64,000 nucleotides of DNA from an uncultured Nitrospira sp. (GTDB taxonomy: Bacteria > Nitrospirota > Nitrospiria > SBBL01 > JAADHI01): positions 22,254 to 86,253 of the forward strand of contig CAYVHO010000004.1 in NCBI GenBank assembly GCA_964451325.1, read 5' to 3'. Each line of letters opens with the position of its first letter. The first letter of the stretch is position 1. Of this stretch, positions 26,689 through 36,246 are shown in pieces. The notes beneath the pieces were generated by a model that was not told the DNA's origin, did no database searches, and was given only the letters and a program-made list of their open reading frames with translations. A program made the translations under genes and the position numbers.

Positions 26689-27981
26689 ATGGAAAGTAGT
26701 ACAGAAGAAAAAACACATGAAAAAAAACGGACGCCGCTTATTCCCATTTTAGTGGTGGTGTCCATCCTGCTTGCCGGATTTTGGTTTTGGTCAGGCAAAG
26801 ATGGAGCGCGTACACCGCTTGCAAATGGCGAAGAAAACCATGCCTCTGATGATGGTCACGGACACGATGAAGATGAAGAAGGTGAAGACGCACACGGCGA
26901 CCAGGACGAACATGGTGAAGAAGGGGGAATTAAGCTGAGCGAGGCCGAAATGAAAGAATTTGGCATCAAAGCCGTCAAGGCGGATTCGGGCACACTCAGC
27001 CGTTATGTGGATTTACCCGGAGAAGTTCGTGCAAATGGAGATCGACTGGCGCACATCGTGCCGCGGGTCCCTGGTGTTGTCCGTAAAGTGTTTACGGGTT
27101 TAGGCGACCGTGTGAAAAAAGGCGAAATAATGGCGATATTGGACAGTCGTGAACTTTCAGATAGCAAGGCCGACTTTTTGGCTTCGAGTGAACGGGTCGG
27201 GCTGGCGGAACTTAACTTTACACGGGAAGAATCGCTTTGGAAGAAAAAAATCTCCTCGGAACAAGAATACCTTGAAGCAAAACAAGTCTTGGCCGAAGCG
27301 CGAATCGAACGCCGTTCCTCGGAGCAGAAACTACATGCCCTGGGTTTTTCAAATCGCTACCTCAAAGACCTCTCTCGTCATCCTGAAGAGTCTTTTACGC
27401 AATACAAAATTGTGGCACCGTTTTCCGGTACGGTTATCGAAAAACACATCACGCTCGGCGAGGTCTTGAAAGACGACACAAGTGCTTTTATCATTGCTGA
27501 TTTAAGCTCGGTCTGGGTGGATTTGAGTGTCTATCAAAAAGACCTAGAGGCAATTTCAGAAGGCCAGTCTGTTGTGATTAAAACGATGCAGGAGCACATC
27601 AAAACAGAAGGGAAGATCTCCTACCTGGGGCCGGTCGTCGGAGAAGACACACGAACGGCGCTTGCACGTATTGTACTTACGAATAAGGATGGGAAATGGC
27701 GGCCTGGTCTTTTTATTAACGCACGGGTTGCGGTGGGCACAATAGAATCCGATCTGATTGTCCCGAAGTCGGCGATTCAAAAAATGAACGATGAGGATAT
27801 TTTGTTTGTCATGGCGCATGGCGCCCTGGAGCCAAAGTTGGTCAAACTGGGTCGGAGCGATGAAACACATGTCGAAATTACAGCAGGCATCAATTGGGGC
27901 GATACTTATGTCGTAGAAGGTGGCTTTACGCTACGCGCCCAGATGGGTGTTGGAGACCTGGATGATGGACACAATCATTAA
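26689..27981 (+). CDS. czcB: Heavy-metal efflux RND adaptor subunit CzcB, with a His/acidic-rich N-terminal metal-binding tail.
   Basis: N-terminal TM segment, then HASDDGHGHDEDEEGEDAHGDQDEHGEEGG, then MFP-family domains. RBS ggagat upstream. Confidence 0.85.
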   Translation: MESSTEEKTHEKKRTPLIPILVVVSILLAGFWFWSGKDGARTPLANGEENHASDDGHGHDEDEEGEDAHGDQDEHGEEGGIKLSEAEMKEFGIKAVKADSGTLSRYVDLPGEVRANGDRLAHIVPRVPGVVRKVFTGLGDRVKKGEIMAILDSRELSDSKADFLASSERVGLAELNFTREESLWKKKISSEQEYLEAKQVLAEARIERRSSEQKLHALGFSNRYLKDLSRHPEESFTQYKIVAPFSGTVIEKHITLGEVLKDDTSAFIIADLSSVWVDLSVYQKDLEAISEGQSVVIKTMQEHIKTEGKISYLGPVVGEDTRTALARIVLTNKDGKWRPGLFINARVAVGTIESDLIVPKSAIQKMNDEDILFVMAHGALEPKLVKLGRSDETHVEITAGINWGDTYVVEGGFTLRAQMGVGDLDDGHNH

Positions 27982-28046
27982 TGGTTTTGTTTTCCGTCGA
28001 TGTCGCCATTTCAAAAAGACCCCTTGCAAAATAAAGGAACAACAGA

Positions 28047-31000
28047 ATGCAGAAGCTGATTGATTTTTCGCTCAACAATCGCCTCATGGTGATTGTTTTG
28101 GCCTGTCTGGTTTTGGCTGCAGGCTACGCCAGTTATTTGAAACTCCCTGTGGATGCTTTTCCCGATGTGACGCCTGCCCTGGTTCAGGTCTTTACCGAAA
28201 CCGAAGGACTCGCCCCAGAAGAAATTGAACGCTACGTCACCTATCCTGTTGAGGTGGCTATGAATGGTTTGCCCGATCTCAAGCAAATTCGCTCGGTCTC
28301 AAACTTTGGTCTCTCTGTCGTCAATATCTATTTTGAAGATGGTACCGATATCTATTTTGCCCGACAACTTGTCAACGAGCGTCTTCAGCTTGCCCGCGAT
28401 TCTATTCCGGAGGGTTTTGGAGAACCCTCCATGGGGCCGATTTCAACCGGACTGGGACAGGTTCTTTTCTTTTTTGTCGAAGACGAAACAAAAGAACGTG
28501 GTCCGGAGGAAATGCGGAAAATCCAGGACTGGATCATCCAGTTTAACCTTCAGAGTGTTCCCGGTATTACAGAGGTTCTCTCTCTGGGGGGAGAAGTCAA
28601 GCAGTTCCAGGTTTTGGTTCGCCCGACGGACCTACTTCGATACAAACTTTCGCTCTCAGAAGTCGTTGATGCGGTCAAAAAAAATAATGCCAATGTGGGT
28701 GCCCAGTACATTGTCAAAGGGGCGGAACAGTTTATTGTCCGTTCGGTCGGTCTTGCAAAATCAATTGTCGATTTGGAAGGCATCATTGTGAAGTCCGTAG
28801 ACGGCACACCCATTTTCTTAAAACAGATTGCAGATATTGAAATCGGGGGAGAAGTCCGCCAGGGACTGGCAACAATGGATGGCGAAGGAGAAACGGTCGT
28901 CGGCATGGTGCTGAAACTCATCGGGACCAATACTTCAACCGTGATCCGTGACGCCAAAATCCGCATGGCGGAAATCAACAAAATCCTCCCGCCCGGTATC
29001 AAGATGGTGCCTTATTACGATCAGGCCACTTTAGTTGCAAAATGTATCAAGACCGTGACCGATGCCCTGCTCGAAGGCATTATTCTCGTGATTCTGGTCT
29101 TACTGGTCTTTATGGGTGCGGTGCGTCCTGCCATTGTCGTGGCCGTCACCATTCCTTTTTCGATTTTCTTTGCCTTTATTCTGATGAATCTCTACGACCT
29201 TTCGGCAAATCTTATGTCCCTGGGGGGGCTGGTGATTGCCATTGGGATGATGGTCGATGGTACGATTGTCGTGGTCGAAAATATAGATCGACTGTTGCGA
29301 GAGTCTGATCCGGAAGAGCCACGTATTCATGTGGTCGCACGGGCCTGCAAAGAAGTTGCCCGGCCTATTTTCTTTGCCATCGCCATCATTGTCGTTGTTT
29401 TTCTTCCCCTGATGACCCTGCAAGGCGTGGAAGGGAAAACCTTTAAACCCCTGGCCTTCACGGTGGCTTTTGCCATGGTGGGTTCCCTCATCTATGCGCT
29501 GATCCTGGCCCCCGTGGCAGCACAGATTTTGATGCGTCGCCCTAAGGGGCTTGTGTCCACTCCCTCCGGTGAAGCACCGGAAGGATTCGTCACCCGAGGG
29601 CTTTTGTTTGTTTACCGGCCATTGGTTACTTTTTTTGTGAATAATCGTTGGGTCGCGGTGCTTGTCTTTTTTGTGGTGCTTGGCATTGGTGCAGTGATCT
29701 TTCCCCGTTTAGGGACTGAATTTGTTCCGCGCTTGAATGAAGGCGATTTACTGGTACGCGCAACGATGGCCCCTTCAATTTCATTGGATGAAGCGGCGGC
29801 AACCATCACCCGTTTTGAACGCCGTTTAAAGGAGCAGTTTCCGGAAGTCATTCGTGTGGTCACGCGTGTCGGTCGTGGGGAAGTTGGCGCACATGCCGAT
29901 CCGGTCAACAACGCCGAAGCCTTTGTCGCCTTAAAACCCCAGGAAGAATGGACGACTGCGAAGACACCGGAAGAACTCTATACCAAGATGAGTGCAGCCT
30001 TTGAAAGTTTTCCCGGTGTGCGGTTTAACTTTACCCAGCCCATTGCCGCAGCCGTGGATGAACTCTTAACCGGCACAAAGGCTGAGCTGGCGATCAAGAT
30101 CTTCGGGGAAGACATGGATGTACTTCAGGACAAAGCGGCCGAGATTGAAAAGGTCATCAAAGGTATTCGAGGTGCGGCAGATGTTCAAAAAGATCAGCTC
30201 ACGGGGACCCCGCAGCTTCGTATTATCATTGATCGCGAGGCAATTGCGCGTTATGGCATTAATGTTGATGATGTGCAACAGACCATTCGAACCGCCGTAG
30301 GTGGAGAAAAGGCGGGTCAGATTTTTGAGGGCATTCCGCGATTTGATATTCTGGTGCGTTATGCAAAAAAGGACCGGGACCGGGTTGAGGTCATCCGTCA
30401 GATTCTCATTCCCTCTCCGCAAGGTCCGATGGTGCCCTTGATGGATCTGGCCCTTATTGAAGAAATTGTGGGTCCGAGACAAATTACCCGGGAAAACAAT
30501 CATCGCTTTGTTACGGTTCAAACAAATGTTCGTGGTCGGGATATGGGCTCCTTTGTGGCAGAGGCTCAGGAGGCCATTGATGCTCAGGTCAAACTGCCTC
30601 CGGGCTACCTTGTGAGCTGGGGAGGACAATTCGAATTACAACAAGAGGCCAATCGACGTCTTGCTTTAGTTGTCCCGGTTACCATACTGATTGTCTTTTT
30701 AATGCTCTTTAGTAGTTTCAATTCTCTAAAAAGTGCCCTCCTGATTATGATTGTCATTCCTCTGGCCTTGATCGGGGGAGGCGTGTCCCTATGGCTGACG
30801 GGACAAAACCTCTCGGTGCCCTCATCCATCGGTTTTATCGCCCTGTTTGGTATTGCCCTGGAAGATGCCATGGTCTTGGTCACCTATCTGAATCAACTGA
30901 CAAAAGACGGTGTTGAGCAGGATAAAGCTTCAATTAAAGGAGGTTGTCTCAGACTTCGGCCTATCCTAATCACCACGGTGACGACCGCCCTGGGGCTGAT

Positions 31001-31199
31001 TCCTCTGCTTCTCTCTTCAGGCACAGGAAGCGAAGTACAGCGTCCACTTGCAACGGTTGTGACCGGAGGATTGGTGACCTCTACGGTGATCACCCTGCTG
31101 TTGATCCCGGCATTTTACAAGTGGTTTGCGGTTAAACCCGAACATGCTGTGAAAGCACAACCCGTACTTCCCTTGAAACCAGAGGGTGCGATCACTTGA
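28047..31199 (+). CDS. czcA: Heavy-metal efflux RND transporter CzcA (HME-RND).
   Basis: 1050 aa with 12-TM RND architecture. The TM4 region ..GMMVDGTIVVVEN.. is characteristic of the HME family. C-terminus is colinear with the partial paralogue at 1-1223. Confidence 0.95.
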   Translation: MQKLIDFSLNNRLMVIVLACLVLAAGYASYLKLPVDAFPDVTPALVQVFTETEGLAPEEIERYVTYPVEVAMNGLPDLKQIRSVSNFGLSVVNIYFEDGTDIYFARQLVNERLQLARDSIPEGFGEPSMGPISTGLGQVLFFFVEDETKERGPEEMRKIQDWIIQFNLQSVPGITEVLSLGGEVKQFQVLVRPTDLLRYKLSLSEVVDAVKKNNANVGAQYIVKGAEQFIVRSVGLAKSIVDLEGIIVKSVDGTPIFLKQIADIEIGGEVRQGLATMDGEGETVVGMVLKLIGTNTSTVIRDAKIRMAEINKILPPGIKMVPYYDQATLVAKCIKTVTDALLEGIILVILVLLVFMGAVRPAIVVAVTIPFSIFFAFILMNLYDLSANLMSLGGLVIAIGMMVDGTIVVVENIDRLLRESDPEEPRIHVVARACKEVARPIFFAIAIIVVVFLPLMTLQGVEGKTFKPLAFTVAFAMVGSLIYALILAPVAAQILMRRPKGLVSTPSGEAPEGFVTRGLLFVYRPLVTFFVNNRWVAVLVFFVVLGIGAVIFPRLGTEFVPRLNEGDLLVRATMAPSISLDEAAATITRFERRLKEQFPEVIRVVTRVGRGEVGAHADPVNNAEAFVALKPQEEWTTAKTPEELYTKMSAAFESFPGVRFNFTQPIAAAVDELLTGTKAELAIKIFGEDMDVLQDKAAEIEKVIKGIRGAADVQKDQLTGTPQLRIIIDREAIARYGINVDDVQQTIRTAVGGEKAGQIFEGIPRFDILVRYAKKDRDRVEVIRQILIPSPQGPMVPLMDLALIEEIVGPRQITRENNHRFVTVQTNVRGRDMGSFVAEAQEAIDAQVKLPPGYLVSWGGQFELQQEANRRLALVVPVTILIVFLMLFSSFNSLKSALLIMIVIPLALIGGGVSLWLTGQNLSVPSSIGFIALFGIALEDAMVLVTYLNQLTKDGVEQDKASIKGGCLRLRPILITTVTTALGLIPLLLSSGTGSEVQRPLATVVTGGLVTSTVITLLLIPAFYKWFAVKPEHAVKAQPVLPLKPEGAIT

Positions 31200-31240
31200 T
31201 TTGGGGATTTGTTCCGTCAGCCTTAAAATAAGGAGAAAGA

Positions 31241-31564
31241 ATGAAAGAAATTAAAGCTTACATCAAGCCGCATAAACTCTCACCAGTGACCTTGGCCCTT
31301 CACAAAATACCTGAGTTGACGGGCATGAGTGTCATTGACGCAAAGGGTTACGGGAGAAGCCGGGCACAAAACTACGGCTTGAAAGACTATGTCCCACACG
31401 TCAAAATAGAAGTCGTCTGTACAGATGATTTAGTTGATACCGTGATCGCGATCATTGAAAAAGCCGCTTATACGGGTTTACGCGGGGACGGGAAAATTTA
31501 TGTGAGTCCTGTCGAAAATGCCGTGCGTATTGAAACGGGAGAACGAGGAGAAGATGCCGTTTGA
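31241..31564 (+). CDS. P-II (GlnB-like) family small regulatory protein associated with czcA.
   Basis: 107 aa. MKEIKAYIKPHKL...GDGKIYVSPVENAVRIETGE has the P-II fold pattern (beta-alpha-beta x2, C-terminal GDGKIF-like motif). RBS aaggag upstream. Confidence 0.75.
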   Translation: MKEIKAYIKPHKLSPVTLALHKIPELTGMSVIDAKGYGRSRAQNYGLKDYVPHVKIEVVCTDDLVDTVIAIIEKAAYTGLRGDGKIYVSPVENAVRIETGERGEDAV

Positions 31565-31592
31565 AATCTTCTTGTTAAGTGAGGAGGATGTC

Positions 31593-32447
31593 ATGAAAAC
31601 AAAAATCAGATTGATTGCAATTGTGTTGTTTCCCGCCTTGTTGCTGATGGGTTGCGGTTCCACCGTTGCCCCTGGGAAAATGGGGCTTCGATGGCAGCCG
31701 CTAACTTCCGGTTTAGGCAAAGAACCGCTAAAAGAGGGTTTTTATGGACACATGCCCTGGAACGACGTTCTGATTATGTCGGTACAATGGCAGAGTTTTA
31801 CCGAGCGCATTGATGTGTTGACGAAGGATGATTTGCACATCGAAATAGAAGCTTCCGTGCGGGTCAAACCGCTGGTCAAGGAATTATCCCAACTGAAACT
31901 GATGATCGGATCAAATTTTTACCCCAGCGTCGTAAAGCCGGAGTTTCTCACTGTTGCCAGAAATACCCTGGCAAACTATTTACTCGTTGAAATTCCAGAA
32001 AATAGTCCGGAGATTGAAGTCAAGATAAGACAGGCTTTGGTTGAACGGATGAAGGGAAAACATCTTGAAATTGATAATGTCACCATCAGTGATATTGATT
32101 TCACCAGTGGGGTACTGCGGGCCATTGAGACAAAACTTGCAAAGGAGCAGGAAATGGTTCAAAAGGACTTTGAGCTTGAAATAGCGGTTAAGGATGCTGA
32201 AATTGCCAGGGTCAGAGCAAAGGGCGCGGCCGATTCTCTTCAGATCAGTGCCGTTGGGCAAGCGGAGGCCCAGAAGATTCGAGCAGCCGGTCAAGCAGAA
32301 TCTCAGAAAATTATTGATCAAACCCTGACAACACGCTTCTTGCAATTCAAGGCCTTTGAAAGCCCCAATACAAAGTTCATCTATGTGCCGACCGGAAGAG
32401 ATGGTTTACCTATTATCGTCAACCCGGAAGCGGGACCGATGCACTAA
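31593..32447 (+). CDS. SPFH/band-7 (prohibitin-like) domain lipoprotein.
   Basis: Start chosen at MKTKIRL, after RBS gaggagg. Lipobox LLMGCGS, a band-7 core, and a C-terminal Ala/Gln-rich coiled coil (..AEIARVRAKGAADSLQISAVGQAEAQKIRAAGQAESQKI..). Confidence 0.7.
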   Translation: MKTKIRLIAIVLFPALLLMGCGSTVAPGKMGLRWQPLTSGLGKEPLKEGFYGHMPWNDVLIMSVQWQSFTERIDVLTKDDLHIEIEASVRVKPLVKELSQLKLMIGSNFYPSVVKPEFLTVARNTLANYLLVEIPENSPEIEVKIRQALVERMKGKHLEIDNVTISDIDFTSGVLRAIETKLAKEQEMVQKDFELEIAVKDAEIARVRAKGAADSLQISAVGQAEAQKIRAAGQAESQKIIDQTLTTRFLQFKAFESPNTKFIYVPTGRDGLPIIVNPEAGPMH

Positions 32448-34361
32448 ATGATGGAAGCGATGGACGACGACACACACTTTGAGGGAAAGTGGTGGCAATG
32501 GCCGCCTTTGCGCAACGGTCTAATCGCTGGTGTCTTGGCGAGTATTGCTTTCGTTTTAGGATATCTGGGTTTTATTTCTCAGCCCCTGGAAAACATGCTC
32601 TACATGCTATCCATCCCCATCGGCGGATGGTATTGGGTGCGCGAGGGGATTGAAACACTTGTCTCGGAACGAGAAATCGGCATTGATTTACTGATGATTG
32701 CCGCGACGACGGGTGCCGCCATCCTGGGACTTTGGAATGAAGCGGCTTTTCTCGTTTTTCTTTATGCAGCGGCGGAAGGGTTGGAGGAGTACACACATGC
32801 CCGTGCCCGCTCGGCCATTCGCGCGCTACTTGACCTGGCCCCGAAAGAAGCTTGTCTGCTTAAAAATGGAGCAGAAACGGTCGTGCCTGCCGAGCAGCTT
32901 GTGCCCGGCGACCGTTTTCGTGTGCGACCGGGTGAGTCTATCCCGACGGATGGTGTAATCCGTGTCGGCATATCCAGTTTAGATGAATCTCAAATTACAG
33001 GAGAACCCCTGCCAATTGACAAAGGTGTGGGCATGAAGGTTTTTGCGGGTTCATTGAATCAAGAAGGCGCTTTGGACGTTGAGGCGACAAAACGCTTCGC
33101 GGACAATACCCTCTCTAAGATGATTTATCTTGTGGAAGCAGCCCAGGAACAAAAGGGCAAGGCGCAACAATGGATTGACCGTTTTGGCCGTCGTTACACT
33201 CCGCTGGTCTTGCTTGCCGCAATCCTCATGATCGTCGTTCCCTGGGTTTTAGGACTTTCAATGACATCCTGGTCTCAGCGAGCCGTCGTCCTACTCGTGG
33301 CGGCAGCCCCCTGTGCCTTGATTATGTCGATGCCGGTTGCCATGGCTGCGGGTATCGGATCGGCAGGGAAGCGCGGCATATTGATCAAAGGTGGTGTGCA
33401 TCTGGAGCATTTGGGGGTGATTAAAGTCGTTGCTTTTGACAAGACGGGTACTTTGACAAAGGGAAAACCCGAGGTCAGCGACATCATCTCACTAAAAGGC
33501 CAAGAAGATTTTTGGCTTTCCGTTGCCGCTGGTTTAGAAGTATATTCTGAACATCCATTGGGAAAGTCCATCGTTGAAAGTGTCCGATCAAGGGGGCTTT
33601 CGCTAAAAAAAGTGACAGATTTCGAGGCCCTGACTGGCGCAGGTGCTAAGGGCCGTATGGATGGAGCATGCTGGATGATTGGAAAACCCAGTCTCTTTGA
33701 AAAAATGGGAGGATTTTCGGATACAGTCTGCAAGGAAATCGAAGTACTCCAGAAATCGGGTAAAACAGTGGTCTTGGTGGCGAAGGAAACAGATTTATAC
33801 GGCATCATTGCTTTGCAAGATCAGCCACGGCTTGAGGCCTGTGCTGCGATAAAAGGCCTGCATAAAATGGGGATAAAAACGGCAATGCTGACGGGAGATA
33901 ACGTCTTGACTGCAAATAGGGTTGCCGACTCACTTGGGATCGACGCTATTTACGCAGCCTTGCTTCCTGAGGAAAAAGTCAGTGCTGTGAAAGCACTTGA
34001 AGTACGCTATGGGCCGGTATTAATGGTCGGGGATGGGGTCAATGATGCGCCCGCTCTGGCTGCAGCGACCTGCGGCGCATCAATGGGGGCCGCAGGAAGC
34101 GATGCGGCAATTGAGGCCGCAGATGTTGCCCTGATGTCTGATGATCTCTCAAAAGTCGAAGCTGCCTTGCGGTTAGGACGCGTCACCCGTCGGATCAGCA
34201 AACAAAATATTGTTTTTTCTTTGATTGTCTTGGGTTTGTTAATCCCATCGGCACTTGGGGGTTTTTTGAGTATCGCTGCGGTTGTCTTTTTTCATGAAGC
34301 CAGCGAACTCTTAGCGGTAGCGAATGGTTTAAGAGTGGCACGGTTTGTGAAACAAAACTAA
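32448..34361 (+). CDS. Heavy-metal translocating P1B-type ATPase lacking an N-terminal metal-binding domain.
   Basis: Phosphorylation motif DKTGTLT, hinge GDGVNDAPAL, and a TM6 motif ..AAPCALIMSMP.. (an APC variant of the CPC/SPC motif). Starts directly in membrane helices with no HMA/CxxC domain. Confidence 0.88.
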   Translation: MMEAMDDDTHFEGKWWQWPPLRNGLIAGVLASIAFVLGYLGFISQPLENMLYMLSIPIGGWYWVREGIETLVSEREIGIDLLMIAATTGAAILGLWNEAAFLVFLYAAAEGLEEYTHARARSAIRALLDLAPKEACLLKNGAETVVPAEQLVPGDRFRVRPGESIPTDGVIRVGISSLDESQITGEPLPIDKGVGMKVFAGSLNQEGALDVEATKRFADNTLSKMIYLVEAAQEQKGKAQQWIDRFGRRYTPLVLLAAILMIVVPWVLGLSMTSWSQRAVVLLVAAAPCALIMSMPVAMAAGIGSAGKRGILIKGGVHLEHLGVIKVVAFDKTGTLTKGKPEVSDIISLKGQEDFWLSVAAGLEVYSEHPLGKSIVESVRSRGLSLKKVTDFEALTGAGAKGRMDGACWMIGKPSLFEKMGGFSDTVCKEIEVLQKSGKTVVLVAKETDLYGIIALQDQPRLEACAAIKGLHKMGIKTAMLTGDNVLTANRVADSLGIDAIYAALLPEEKVSAVKALEVRYGPVLMVGDGVNDAPALAAATCGASMGAAGSDAAIEAADVALMSDDLSKVEAALRLGRVTRRISKQNIVFSLIVLGLLIPSALGGFLSIAAVVFFHEASELLAVANGLRVARFVKQN

Positions 34362-34523
34362 GGGTTCTCGCAGTATAGGAGACCCATAAAAACCGGACAA
34401 CTCTATTTGCTTTTAAGATTACATTGATCATTGCTTGTGCGACGCCGTGCAAAATGAGATTATTGCTGTCAAATAGCCTGCAATCGAGATCGATTTAATC
34501 CTGAATTTAAAGGGAGAAAAACA

Positions 34524-35597
34524 ATGACGGATTCAAATAAAAATCTTTTTTCAGAATTAAAAATGGGTCCTCTTACACTTTCAAATCGCATGGTCATGGC
34601 ACCGATGACCCGTGACCGTGCTGCGGCAGATGGAAACGTGCCACAAGAAATGAATGTGACTTATTACCGACAACGGGCGAATGCGGGTTTGATTATCACG
34701 GAAGGATCTCAGGTATCCCCGCAAGGTATGGGTTATCCGGTCACCCCCGGTATTCACAGCGAAGCACAGCTTGCAGGCTGGAAAAAAGTCACAGAAGCCG
34801 TGCATGAAGCAGGCGGGCGGATTTTTTTACAGCTTTGGCATGTCGGACGAATTTCTCACCCCTCCTATCAGGAGAATGCTGCTCTGCCGGTTGCCCCCTC
34901 AGCCATCAAACCCGCTGGAGAATCCTTCACCTATGAGGGTCTGAAACCTTTTGTGACACCTCGCGCCCTTGAAACCGATGAAATACCCGGCATAGTCAAT
35001 CAATTTAAACAGGGGGCTGAAAAAGCCTTGGCTGCAGGGTTTGATGGGGTTGAGCTTCACGGAGCCAATGGCTACCTATTGGACCAGTTTTTAAAAAGCG
35101 GCACAAATCAACGGACAGACCGCTATGGGGGATCGATTGAAAATCGTGCGCGGCTGTTGATGGAAATCACAGACGCCGTGATTTCTGTTTGGGGTGTGGG
35201 TCGTGTTGGCGTGCGTCTTTCACCAGGGGGTGGATTTAACGATATGTCGGATGCAAACCCCGAAGCAACATTTAATACCGTCGCAAGACAACTCAGCACA
35301 CGGGCGCTGGCTTATCTGCATATCGTTGAAACACTTGAATCGGTTTCTGCATTTGATTACAAAAAACTGAGACAAAACTTCGAAGGTTTATACATCGCCA
35401 ATGCGGCATACGACCAAAAACGTGCCACGGATGCGATTATATCCGGTAACGCTGACATGGTTTCTTTTGCCCAGCTCTATCTTGCCAATCCCGATTTGCT
35501 TGCACGTTTTAAAAAAGGTGCAGCACTCAACACCCCAGATCCAGACACCTTTTACGGTGGAAATGAAAAGGGATACATTGATTATCCGAGTCTTTAA
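34524..35597 (+). CDS. NADH:flavin oxidoreductase / alkene reductase of the Old Yellow Enzyme family (NemA-like).
   Basis: 357 aa with OYE motifs (..MAPMTR.R.., ..GFDGVELHGANGYLLDQFL.., ..GRVGVRLSP..). Confidence 0.88.
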   Translation: MTDSNKNLFSELKMGPLTLSNRMVMAPMTRDRAAADGNVPQEMNVTYYRQRANAGLIITEGSQVSPQGMGYPVTPGIHSEAQLAGWKKVTEAVHEAGGRIFLQLWHVGRISHPSYQENAALPVAPSAIKPAGESFTYEGLKPFVTPRALETDEIPGIVNQFKQGAEKALAAGFDGVELHGANGYLLDQFLKSGTNQRTDRYGGSIENRARLLMEITDAVISVWGVGRVGVRLSPGGGFNDMSDANPEATFNTVARQLSTRALAYLHIVETLESVSAFDYKKLRQNFEGLYIANAAYDQKRATDAIISGNADMVSFAQLYLANPDLLARFKKGAALNTPDPDTFYGGNEKGYIDYPSL

Positions 35598-35893
35598 GGA
35601 GTAAGGCTCCTTCCCTCTTATCCTAAAACATTTATAATTGGTTTAATTTGAGGGAGGCCTACCGATGGTCTTGGCCGTTTTATATTTCAAAAAAAAGAAA
35701 ATTGCCCGAGCGTCTTTTTTGTGACCGGGGTTTTGATTTTGGCCGCACTGCTGACACAAACAGAAATTTTAACTTAGAGACTTAGAAAATATACTTTAAT
35801 GGTTTTGTGAATGAAGCTCGGGTGAAGACAGTCTGAAGATGAGATGCAAAGACGGGGAGTTATTTGTTCATAACCCCCTAGAGCGCGACTTGT

Positions 35894-36085
35894 CTAACCC
35901 ACTTTGACGACTTTTCCGGAGCGAATACAGCGGGTACAGGCGCGTATCTTTTTAATTGTTTTGCCAATAAGGGCACGAACGTGCTGAAGGTTCGGGCGAA
36001 AAACACGCTTTGTTTTGTTATGTGCATGACTGACGTTGTTTCCGACCTGACGGCGTTTTCCACAAAGATCACATACTCTGGCCAT
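35894..36085 (-). CDS. rpmB: 50S ribosomal protein L28.
   Basis: 63-aa [33 protein letters not shown]... matches the L28 consensus (MSRVCQVTGKRP..GNN.SHA.N.TKRRF.PNL). RBS aggag 8 nt upstream. The listed 107-aa ORF is an upstream over-extension. Confidence 0.85.
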   Translation of the reverse strand: MARVCDLCGKRRQVGNNVSHAHNKTKRVFRPNLQHVRALIGKTIKKIRACTRCIRSGKVVKVG

Positions 36086-36246
36086 TTTTAATTCTCCTAA
36101 ATTGATTCGCAAAAGACAGACATGATAACATGCGACCCCCTGATTAACAAGTGAATTTTGTGAATCAAAATCAGTGGTTTGCACTTGAGAAAAAGATAGG
36201 TTTTTAAATAAAAACAACTTGTTCTGAAGAGGGTTTTTAAGTCAAA

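Noticed and set aside
28264-29002. Long antisense and alternative-frame ORFs inside czcA (28264-28791 on the + strand and 28550-29002 on the - strand).
   Set aside because: They lie entirely inside a gene with unambiguous RND homology, and their translations are Ser/Arg/Pro-rich low-complexity sequence typical of off-frame artefacts. The same reasoning applies to the other embedded small ORFs in the track, for example 529-738, 1318-1527, 3289-3528, 5437-5718, 13276-13534, 33275-33808 and 50583-50927.
35598-35893. An rpmG (L33) gene downstream of rpmB, and an rpmB terminator.
   Set aside because: Translating the minus strand of this 296-bp gap gave no L33-like ORF (only MNK* and the like). 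The candidate hairpins (cccg...cggg, AAGGAGtaaggCTCCTT) are weak and not followed by a clear U-run on the correct strand.
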